Positions 46,685 to 54,206 of a DNA stretch of 64,000 nt are shown here, piece after piece. Made by a program: the position numbers and the translations under genes. This stretch comes from an uncultured Candidatus Saccharibacteria bacterium (GTDB lineage: Bacteria > Patescibacteriota > Saccharimonadia > Saccharimonadales > JACDBH01): contig OZ246417.1 in the NCBI GenBank assembly GCA_965231105.1, positions 768,908 to 832,907 of the forward strand, given 5' to 3'. Every line of letters begins with the position of its first letter. The stretch's first letter is position 1. The notes beneath the pieces were generated by a model, which saw only the letters and a list, made by a program, of their open reading frames with translations, had not been told where the DNA came from and ran no database searches.

Positions 46685-46888
46685 ATGGCAAAGATTTTTA
46701 AACATCGAACAGATGTAGCATATTTTGATTACAAGGACTTCAAGACCTTGCAGCGCTATGTTAATCAGTTCGGACAGATTGAAACTCGCAAGAAGACTGG
46801 TCTCACTGAGAGCCAACAGCGACAGTTGGCACGCGCTATTAAGCGTGCTCGTCACCTTGCACTCATGCCTTTCGTGGCTAATAGCTAA
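46685..46888 (+). CDS. rpsR: 30S ribosomal protein S18
   Basis: YFDYKDFKTLQRYVNQFGQIETRKKTGLTESQQRQLARAIKRARHLALMPF. AAGGAG SD before the ATG at 46685. Confidence 0.9.
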   Translation: MAKIFKHRTDVAYFDYKDFKTLQRYVNQFGQIETRKKTGLTESQQRQLARAIKRARHLALMPFVANS

Positions 46889-46962
46889 AAGGTTTTTCAG
46901 TAAAGTAGTATACAGCTGAGCCTTGCTCATTTCTGGTACTATGGATGGGAAAGGGGTGAATA

Positions 46963-47271
46963 ATGGATGATCCACGGTACAAGTCAATGTACGATAAGGC
47001 AATGAACTTGCAGTATAAGTACCATGACTTTACAACGGGCACTAATCACCCCGAAGCTCATTTGCTCGGTAACGAAATCAAGCAGCTGAATGAAGATATA
47101 GCCGTGCAGCGTAACCCACGTTCTATCGAAGATCGGATTAAGGCAATTCAGCTTCGTCTTGATCAATCTCAGCATTCAACGGCTCCGCTCATGCATGAAG
47201 ATCATAAACGAGAGTTGCATACCGGATATGAGCAAATGAAGCAGGCAATGCGTAAGTTCGAGAGCTACTAA
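46963..47271 (+). CDS. Hypothetical small helical protein (paralogue A)
   Basis: 102-aa ORF with a GGGGTG SD-like sequence. It aligns by eye with the next ORF. Confidence 0.5.
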   Translation: MDDPRYKSMYDKAMNLQYKYHDFTTGTNHPEAHLLGNEIKQLNEDIAVQRNPRSIEDRIKAIQLRLDQSQHSTAPLMHEDHKRELHTGYEQMKQAMRKFESY

Positions 47272-47280
47272 GGAGGCGAA

Positions 47281-47562
47281 ATGGATCAAGTAGTACGATT
47301 AGCAGAACAATTTCGTAATAAAGCTCGCGATTATTGTGATGAAAGATCAAATCCGAAGGCACAGCAACTTTTGAACTCGCTCGAGCAACTCTATGACGAA
47401 GCTAAATCGCGTCGAGATCCGGATCTGCTTTTCGAGCGAGTGAGGGGGATTGAATCGCAAGTACAGAACCTCAAAAATGGTACGGTGTATAGCCCGCATC
47501 ACCTAGATGACATGTATGATCGCTGTCAGGATCTAAAGCAACTCTTCAGGCAATTGTCATAG
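47281..47562 (+). CDS. Hypothetical small helical protein (paralogue B)
   Basis: 93-aa ORF with an AGGAGG SD 6 nt upstream. It shares the pattern NP.A..L.N..+QL.+.....R+P......R+..I with the preceding ORF. Confidence 0.5.
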   Translation: MDQVVRLAEQFRNKARDYCDERSNPKAQQLLNSLEQLYDEAKSRRDPDLLFERVRGIESQVQNLKNGTVYSPHHLDDMYDRCQDLKQLFRQLS

Positions 47563-47566
47563 AGCA

Positions 47567-47905
47567 GTGAACGAAGGGGACCAAACACTGCCACAGCAAG
47601 TTCGTCGACTCGAGAAGTATGTACTCACACTTCCTGCAGCCAAAAAGCTCAATATGCTTGATAGTGAAGCGCGCGAAGCTATGATTGCACTTCTCAACGC
47701 TACCTTTGCTGCCCGAACCTCTATTGCGCATTATTGGAATGCTGATGACAGTGAGCAGCAGCAAATTGATCTTGAAGAGAGTATTTTACAATTAGAAAAA
47801 GTTCGAGAGGCAATATTGGCTGCGAGTTACTACGAATTACTCGATGCAGTAGATGTCGCACAGCTGTCGGCTCTTAACGAACACATTATTGAACAGGTAA
47901 AATAG
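47567..47905 (+). CDS. Hypothetical small helical protein
   Basis: 112-aa ORF with a GTG start 4 nt after the upstream stop. No motif recognised. Confidence 0.4.
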   Translation: MNEGDQTLPQQVRRLEKYVLTLPAAKKLNMLDSEAREAMIALLNATFAARTSIAHYWNADDSEQQQIDLEESILQLEKVREAILAASYYELLDAVDVAQLSALNEHIIEQVK

Positions 47906-47913
47906 GAAGCATT

Positions 47914-48480
47914 ATGGCATTAAGTATTACTAACCTCAAAAAAGGCGTGCTGTTTCAGATTGATGGCGTGCCATATAAAGTACTCGAGTATAATCAGAAA
48001 GTTATGGGTCGTGGTGGTTCGATTGTGAATGTAAAGATCAAGAGTCTTTTGGACGGTAAGGTTTTGGCCAAGACCTATAAGGGTAACGATCAGCTTGATC
48101 CTGCTGATGTAAGCAACCAGACCGTTCAGTACTTATATAACGATGGCAGTACGTTCTACTTCATGAACGGCGAGACCTTTGAGCAGTTTGAAATTCCTGC
48201 TGATGTCATTGGTGATCAAGCTGGTTATTTAAAGGAAGGGGATAATGTCCAGGCTCAATCCTTTGATGGCCGAGTCATTAATGTTGAATTGCCGAAGAAC
48301 GTATATCTCGAAGTGACCTACACTGAAAATGCGGTAAAAGGTGATACTTCAAGCGCGATTCAAAAAGATGCGCAGCTAGAGACAGGTATTACTGTTAAAG
48401 TGCCAGCTTTTATTAAGCAGGGAGATGTTATATCAGTTAGTACTGAAGATGGTTCCTATCGAGAACGCAAGAAAGACTAA
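47914..48480 (+). CDS. efp: Elongation factor P
   Basis: LKKGVLFQIDGVPYKVLEYNQKVMGRGGSIVNVKIKSLLDGKV and three OB/KOW-like domains. 188 aa. Confidence 0.95.
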   Translation: MALSITNLKKGVLFQIDGVPYKVLEYNQKVMGRGGSIVNVKIKSLLDGKVLAKTYKGNDQLDPADVSNQTVQYLYNDGSTFYFMNGETFEQFEIPADVIGDQAGYLKEGDNVQAQSFDGRVINVELPKNVYLEVTYTENAVKGDTSSAIQKDAQLETGITVKVPAFIKQGDVISVSTEDGSYRERKKD

Positions 48481-48963
48481 ATGCACACCTACATTATCGT
48501 TTTAGAGCTAGATAAAATGAAGGTCAATGCACCTTATGAAAGTAAGCTGCATTGTACAATCGTGCATTGGTTCGAGTCAGGTTTGACTCAGGATGAGTTG
48601 CTATCTGTTATTGAGCCCATTCTCAAGAGCAGCACTCCTTTTGTCATTACTTCTGGAGAAATAGAATTATTTGGAGACAATAATGACCTACCGATGCATC
48701 TTATTGATAAAACTTCTGAGCTAGAAGGACTTCATAAAAGACTCATTGTTGCGCTAGAAAAGAGGGGTGTCATATATCTAAGACCTCAGTATATCCTGGA
48801 AGGTTGGAGGCCTCATGTGACTAATCAAGACGGTAAAGAATTCAAATCAGGAAGCCAACAAACAGTGCGTGCCGCCTATTTAATTGAGTCAGAAGGTACT
48901 GTAGAAAAGGGCCCTTTTAATGTCCTTGCAAGGGTAGAGATAGGCAATGAATCAACGTCTTGA
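48481..48963 (+). CDS. 2H phosphoesterase superfamily protein (LigT-like)
   Basis: Two H-x-T-x motifs at the expected spacing (HCTIV and PHVTN). Confidence 0.5.
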   Translation: MHTYIIVLELDKMKVNAPYESKLHCTIVHWFESGLTQDELLSVIEPILKSSTPFVITSGEIELFGDNNDLPMHLIDKTSELEGLHKRLIVALEKRGVIYLRPQYILEGWRPHVTNQDGKEFKSGSQQTVRAAYLIESEGTVEKGPFNVLARVEIGNESTS

Positions 48964-49657
48964 CACAGAGATGGTGCGACGAGGACTTGTTAAGACTCGC
49001 TCCCAGGCTGAAAGCTTTATTAAACTCGGTACTGTAAAAGTCGATGGAAGAATTCAAACTAAGCCTGGATTTGTGGTAGCTGAGACTTCCGAAATAGCTT
49101 TGAAGAGTGAGCAATATGTGAGCCGGGCAGGTCTTAAGCTGGCATCAGTAGCCAAAACTTTAAAACTAGATTTTAAAAATAAGATTGTTTTGGATGTAGG
49201 TAGTTCTACGGGTGGCTTTACAGATTATGCCCTTAAGCATGGAGCTCAAAAGGTCTATGCTGTTGATGTCGGTACTAATCAGCTACATCCAAGCTTGCAT
49301 GGCGATCCGAGAATTGAGCTTCATGAACAAACGGATATTCGTGATTTTAAGCCTGGTCAGGCACCTGACACTGTAGTTATAGATGTGTCTTTTATTTCTT
49401 TGCGCGATATACTGCCTCACATTGCTAAGCTAAGCGCTAAAAGTACATCCATTGTCGCAATGGTCAAGCCGCAATTCGAAGCCGGCAGAGAACAGACAAA
49501 TAAGGGGGTTATTAAGAATGATCGAATGCGCAGAGATATCTTAAAAGACTTCGAAGGGTGGGCAAGGCAGCAATTTATAATTCTCGACAAAGCAGACAGT
49601 GAAGTTGCAGGCTCAAAAGGAAATTTAGAACGATTCTATTTGCTTAAAACTCTATAG
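48947..49657 (+). CDS. tlyA: TlyA family rRNA (cytidine-2'-O)-methyltransferase
   Basis: S4 domain (RLDTEMVRRGLVKTRSQAESFIKLGTVKVDG) and an FtsJ-type SAM site (LDVGSSTGGFTD). Confidence 0.85.
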   Translation: MNQRLDTEMVRRGLVKTRSQAESFIKLGTVKVDGRIQTKPGFVVAETSEIALKSEQYVSRAGLKLASVAKTLKLDFKNKIVLDVGSSTGGFTDYALKHGAQKVYAVDVGTNQLHPSLHGDPRIELHEQTDIRDFKPGQAPDTVVIDVSFISLRDILPHIAKLSAKSTSIVAMVKPQFEAGREQTNKGVIKNDRMRRDILKDFEGWARQQFIILDKADSEVAGSKGNLERFYLLKTL

Positions 49658-50302
49658 AATTTCGCGAAGTTTTTCGATGTTCTTGATAAAGATAAAGGGT
49701 GGGCGTGAGTTGTCTATAAGGTCCTTACGCTCCAGTCCCGTAAGCTCACGGCTAGTTGTTTCTCGAGAGGCGTTAATAGAGCTTGCAATATCTTGTTGTT
49801 TGAGAGGTACTTCAATTACCACGCCACCATCCACTTCTTTGCCAAAGCGGTTGCTCATGGTAATAAGGAAGGAGACGAGGCGTTCTCGTACTGACCGGTA
49901 CTCAAGGTTAATAATGCGCTCAGAGTGAATGCGGTACATCTCAACTGTCATATCGAGTAGAGGGGCAAGGACTTCGTTATGCTTTTCGATGTAGTCGAGA
50001 TACTGTGCGCGATCAAGTCGCCACACTTCGGTAGGTGCTATAGCCTGATAAATAACATGACGTTCTTGTCCTGTTATGGCCCAAATAAGCGGAAAGATTT
50101 CATGGTCTTTTCGAACGATCAGAAGATTTTCTTCGCCGTACTTAGTAATATCGTAGGCTTTGACGAGCCCCGAAGCGATATAAAAAATCCCGGAAGGGGT
50201 TTCTCCGGGTCGTATGATATATTCACCTTTTTTGTACGTGAGGCGTGTTCCTTGGTGAAAAAGATTCACAAGGGCCGCCGTTTGTACGTCAGTGGCTAAC
50301 AT
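49652..50302 (-). CDS. Crp/Fnr family transcriptional regulator
   Basis: cNMP-binding beta-roll (YIIRPGETPSGIFYIASGLVKAY) and a C-terminal HTH (QQDIASSINASRETTSRELTGLERKDLI). Confidence 0.8.
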   Translation of the reverse strand: MLATDVQTAALVNLFHQGTRLTYKKGEYIIRPGETPSGIFYIASGLVKAYDITKYGEENLLIVRKDHEIFPLIWAITGQERHVIYQAIAPTEVWRLDRAQYLDYIEKHNEVLAPLLDMTVEMYRIHSERIINLEYRSVRERLVSFLITMSNRFGKEVDGGVVIEVPLKQQDIASSINASRETTSRELTGLERKDLIDNSRPPFIFIKNIEKLREIL

Positions 50303-50361
50303 AGAGTTATTATTGCAGAAAACACCTCTTTAGACAACCATAAGTACAGATACGGAATCTC

Positions 50362-50375
50362 TTGATATTTATCAC
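50362..50375. promoter_or_regulatory. FNR/CRP-type box TTGAT-N4-ATCAC
   Basis: TTGATATTTATCAC matches the TTGAT-N4-ATCAA consensus at 9 of 10 positions. It lies in the divergent region between the crp/fnr-like gene and the PH-domain gene. Confidence 0.45.
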
Positions 50376-50454
50376 ACTTCAATAGTGATTAAGATAACGG
50401 CGTTTTTAGCCCACTACCACTACTATTAGCGTGTAAGTAATGGGAGGCAACACT

Positions 50455-51006
50455 ATGGTTACTACACAAGAAGTGCAGCGACAACTTAAAGCCATTGGTG
50501 TGGACTTCTATTTTTGGGGACGTCCCGAACTTCGTGAATTAGTACATATACTGGTTCCAGGCGAAACGTTAACCCATTGTGTAAAAGGCCGATACGAGGG
50601 TGGTTTTGCGCTCTTGGTTGCCACCGATCGACGCCTTCTGCTCATTGATAAAAAGCCATTTTACCTAACACTTGAAGATATTCGGTATGACATGGTGTCA
50701 GAAGTTGACTTCAGTCACCGACTAATGGATGCAACGGTTCGCATATGTACTGTAAGTAAAACCCTTCGCTTTACGAGCATGCGTAACACCAATTTGCGTA
50801 AGCTCACGGCATATCTCCAGGACCGAGTTATGGCCGTTCGTCAGCAGCACTTAATGCCGCAACAACCGCTGTTTACCCCTTATCCAAACCTACAGACATC
50901 CACTCAGGTAGGGGTGGCTCAACTACATTACCAAGCTACCAATCCCTACACCAAGGTGCCGCTTCTTATGCGTAGAAGAGTTTCACGTTTTTACAACGCT
51001 AATTAA
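50455..51006 (+). CDS. Bacterial PH-domain (YokE/bPH-like) protein
   Basis: LVPGETLTHCVKGRYEGGFALLVATDRRLLLIDKKP...LEDIRYDMVSEVDF is the bPH pattern. The ATG at 50455 follows a GGAGG SD. Confidence 0.55.
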   Translation: MVTTQEVQRQLKAIGVDFYFWGRPELRELVHILVPGETLTHCVKGRYEGGFALLVATDRRLLLIDKKPFYLTLEDIRYDMVSEVDFSHRLMDATVRICTVSKTLRFTSMRNTNLRKLTAYLQDRVMAVRQQHLMPQQPLFTPYPNLQTSTQVGVAQLHYQATNPYTKVPLLMRRRVSRFYNAN

Positions 51007-51054
51007 GGTCAAAGCATAACTAATTTAAATACCAGCATGCTACTATAGGCTTTG

Positions 51055-51786
51055 ATGTACTTCGAAGATAGAGCAGACGCCGGGCGTAAACTCGCAGAGC
51101 GTCTATTACAGTATCGCGGCGAGCACACCGTAGTCGTTGCTTTAACGGAATCCTCAGCAATCGTTGCTGCGCAAGTAGCGATAAAGCTGCATGCCAGCAT
51201 GGTACTGTATATGATTAAGGATATTCGCCTGCCAAATGAAACGGATGCGACGGCTGGAGTAGGGACGGCTGGCGGGTTTCAATACAACAGTCTTTTAAGC
51301 GCAGGGCAGATAGAAGAAATTGCCAGTGAATACCACGGCTGGCTAGATGAACAACGGATTCAAAAGAACCATGAGCTGAATGTACTCTTAAGTGATGGCG
51401 GAACGATCAAGAAAGACATGTTGAGACATCACGTGGTGATTGTAGTAGCAGATGGTGTGCTGGGTACTATGGCTATGGATATGGTGGGGGAATTCCTTAA
51501 GACAATTGCTATCAAAAAATTTGTTATAGCGACGCCGCTTGCCAACATTGAAGCAGTTGATCGGATGCACGTTCTGGCAGACGAAGTACAGTGCTTAAAC
51601 GTACGCGAGAATCTAGTAGATATCGATCATTATTACAATAAGCGCACCGATATGAGTGTTGATGATGCGCTAAAGATCATTCGAAATATAAGTTTAGCGT
51701 GGAAGCGGTCAAATGAGATAACTGATGAAGTTCAAGGAAGAGAAGATCATTCAAACAGTACTAAAAAAAGAACGTTTTTAAGTTAA
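51055..51786 (+). CDS. Phosphoribosyltransferase-family protein
   Basis: FEDRADAGRKLAERL...VVVAL..SSAIVAAQVA...VVIVVADGVLGTMAM (degenerate PRPP-loop position)...HYY matches the putative PRTase family. The -10 TGcTACTAT lies 8 nt before the ATG. Confidence 0.6.
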   Translation: MYFEDRADAGRKLAERLLQYRGEHTVVVALTESSAIVAAQVAIKLHASMVLYMIKDIRLPNETDATAGVGTAGGFQYNSLLSAGQIEEIASEYHGWLDEQRIQKNHELNVLLSDGGTIKKDMLRHHVVIVVADGVLGTMAMDMVGEFLKTIAIKKFVIATPLANIEAVDRMHVLADEVQCLNVRENLVDIDHYYNKRTDMSVDDALKIIRNISLAWKRSNEITDEVQGREDHSNSTKKRTFLS

Positions 51787-52871
51787 ACGTTAAATCTAAA
51801 CTCAATAATATCGTTGGGCTGCACAATATACGTTTTGCCTTCTGTACGAACTTTACCGGCAGCTTTTGCAGCCTGTTCTGAACCTGCAGTAATAAGATCG
51901 TTGTAGTCAACGATCTGGGCGGCAATAAAACCCTTCTCGAAGTCACCATGAATCACGCCGGCAGCTTGTGGGGCAGTTGCTCCCTTTGGAATTGTCCAGG
52001 CGCGCACCTCTTTGTCGCCCGCAGTGAGGTAACTTTGAAGGCCAAGCGTATCATAGGCGGCATGAATGAGCTGTACGAGACCCGACTCAGTTTGGCCGTA
52101 ACTTTCGAGTAATTCCTTACGATCATTCTCATCAAGTCCGCGTAGCTCGCTTTCAAGCTTTGCGCAGATGAATACAGATCGACTAGGCGCAACAAGATCG
52201 GCAAGAGCTTGTTTTTTGACAGTATCCTGTAAGGTGCTCTCATCTACATTGAAAACGTAGATTACATCTTTCAGAGTAAGTAGCTGCAGTTCTTTTTGCA
52301 GCCATGCCTTATCTTCCGGCTTCCAGTTGTTGGCTACTGTGAAGAGGGGGGTGCCTTCATCAAGAGTATTCTTTGCCAATTCCAAGATATCAGCGAGAGG
52401 CTTAATTTTAGGATTTGCTTTTGCTTCCTTTTGGATAACGGGCAGGCGTTTCTCGACAGTCTGTAAGTCTGCCAGAACTAGCTCCGTATTTATAACCTCG
52501 ATATCTTTATGAGGATTGTGCTGCTCATCTACATGTTGAACATTGGAGTCTTGAAAGGCACGGACAATATGTGCAATGGCATTACAGCTACGGATATTAG
52601 CAAGGAACTGGTTTCCTAAACCTTCGCCTTTGCTTGCGCCCGCTACCAGTCCCGCAATATCTACAAATGTCACGGTCGCAGGTTTGATAGGGGCATTGTT
52701 ATACATTTCACTCAGTTTATTGAGGCGTTCGTCAGGAATGGGAACAACGCCAGTATTTGGCTCAATGGTCGCAAAAGGGTAATTAGCGGCCAGGATATTA
52801 TTGTCCGTCAGGGCATTAAAGAGGGTAGACTTGCCGACATTTGGTAAGCCAACGATTCCTATGCTTAACAC
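51783..52871 (-). CDS. ychF: Ribosome-binding ATPase YchF
   Basis: GIVGLPNVGKSTLFNALT, NYPFATIEPN, and a TGS domain at the C-terminus. GTG start overlaps the fic stop by 1 nt. Confidence 0.95.
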   Translation of the reverse strand: MLSIGIVGLPNVGKSTLFNALTDNNILAANYPFATIEPNTGVVPIPDERLNKLSEMYNNAPIKPATVTFVDIAGLVAGASKGEGLGNQFLANIRSCNAIAHIVRAFQDSNVQHVDEQHNPHKDIEVINTELVLADLQTVEKRLPVIQKEAKANPKIKPLADILELAKNTLDEGTPLFTVANNWKPEDKAWLQKELQLLTLKDVIYVFNVDESTLQDTVKKQALADLVAPSRSVFICAKLESELRGLDENDRKELLESYGQTESGLVQLIHAAYDTLGLQSYLTAGDKEVRAWTIPKGATAPQAAGVIHGDFEKGFIAAQIVDYNDLITAGSEQAAKAAGKVRTEGKTYIVQPNDIIEFRFNV

Positions 52872-54016
52872 TAATCCTCGTCTCCTTTAAAGATATCCAA
52901 ATAGCGTTTATATTCGTACTTTTGAGCGTACTCTTTATTGCCTCGGGGAGATAAAATCTCCAGTTGTATAAGCCGCTCGATAACGTTATATGCTCCCTGC
53001 TTACTATAGCCAGTCCATTTCATTACCTCGGCCAAACCTACGATTGGTAAATAGTATAGATGTTGAAGCATTTTGACGGTACTTGCGGCCGCACTCTTAC
53101 CCAGACTCTGTACTTTTGCCATGTCCTCAAGCCTTAAATCTGTAATCTTGTGACAAGTTGCAATTGCAGATTCCGCCGTTTCGATGATGCCATCAAGAAA
53201 AAAGTCTAACCACTCGCTGGGGGAGCCTGCTTCGGAGTGATATGAGTTCAGCACTTCATAGTACCTGTCTTGATGTTTTTTGAAAAAGCTTGACAGGTAT
53301 AGAACTGGTATCTCTAATCTACCGGTTTGAGTTAAGTATAGAGTAACCATCATGCGTCCTGTGCGCCCATTGCCATCCGTAAATGGATGAATTGTTTCGA
53401 ACTGTGAGTGTAGTAAGCCTGCTTTTATAAGGGGCAATACGGGAGTCTTATCGTATATAAACTTCTCAAATTCATCTAGCGCGCGCTTCATTTCATATAC
53501 GGGAGGCGGCACAAAACGAGCATTTGCGGGGCTGGTGCCTCCAATCCAATTCTGTGTCTGTCGAAACTCGCCGGGGTAGGCGTGTTGTGTTGTTCGAGCA
53601 TCCGTCATTAACTCTTTGTGAATTTCTAACAACAGTCGCAGGCTCAACGGCAAGTCACTGAGTCGCTTAATACCATAATTAAGCGCATTAATGTAGTGTA
53701 GGATATCATTTACATCGTCCGGAAGGTCGTTAGGACGTTCAATAGTTTGGGCTTCAATTGATTCGTCCAGAGACGCATTGGTGCCTTCTATCTGACTTGA
53801 GGACGCCGCATCTTTGCGTATAAACATCAGAATGAAGAAATCTTTATTAGGCAGTAGTCGAGATATCCCGTCCAAACGACCAAGAGTTATCATTGCTTCG
53901 GAGTGTTTAACCTGCATTCTCTGATCGATCTCTAGTAAGGTGGGCGGAGGGAAAGCAGCTGGTATAAAAGCCTTGAAGCCTTGAGACTGCTGAACGTTTG
54001 TTCCTATAAGCGACAT
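52871..54016 (-). CDS. fic: Fic family protein (self-inhibited type, C-terminal wHTH)
   Basis: Active site HPFTDGNGRTGR, an N-terminal inhibitory helix motif SSQIEG ([ST]xxxE[GN]), and a winged-helix C-terminus. Confidence 0.9.
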   Translation of the reverse strand: MSLIGTNVQQSQGFKAFIPAAFPPPTLLEIDQRMQVKHSEAMITLGRLDGISRLLPNKDFFILMFIRKDAASSSQIEGTNASLDESIEAQTIERPNDLPDDVNDILHYINALNYGIKRLSDLPLSLRLLLEIHKELMTDARTTQHAYPGEFRQTQNWIGGTSPANARFVPPPVYEMKRALDEFEKFIYDKTPVLPLIKAGLLHSQFETIHPFTDGNGRTGRMMVTLYLTQTGRLEIPVLYLSSFFKKHQDRYYEVLNSYHSEAGSPSEWLDFFLDGIIETAESAIATCHKITDLRLEDMAKVQSLGKSAAASTVKMLQHLYYLPIVGLAEVMKWTGYSKQGAYNVIERLIQLEILSPRGNKEYAQKYEYKRYLDIFKGDED

Positions 54017-54046
54017 TATGTTGACCTTATATTAATTAATGTCTAC

Positions 54047-54075
54047 ATTTTATGCTATTTTGTTGACTTTTGCAA
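54047..54075 (-). promoter_or_regulatory. fic promoter (TTGCAA-17-TAAAAT on the minus strand)
   Basis: Hexamers with a 17-nt spacer, flanked by 10-bp inverted repeats GTTGACCTTA (54020-54029) and TAAGGTCAAC (54079-54088). Confidence 0.45.
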
Positions 54076-54206
54076 GCGTAAGGTCAACTTTTTTATATTT
54101 TATTAAACTCAGTATAAACAATCTTGTATTGCTAACCTGCGGTATGATGAAACTGACTATAACTAGATAAAGGATATGGTTATGTGGGAGGTGCTAACGG
54201 TCTGAG

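Noticed and set aside
46963-47562. The tandem ~100-aa helical paralogues as WXG100/Esx-type secretion substrates.
   Set aside because: There is no W-x-G in the central loop (RNPRS / RDPDL), no convincing C-terminal YxxxD/E signal, and no type VII components in the window.
54063-54094. Plus-strand hairpin GTTGAC-14 nt-GTCAAC followed by TTTTTT, which looks like a rho-independent terminator or the end of an sRNA.
   Set aside because: No plus-strand gene or promoter lies upstream, since both neighbours are on the minus strand. The loop is long and the stem only 6 bp. The arms are better explained as operator half-sites around the fic promoter.
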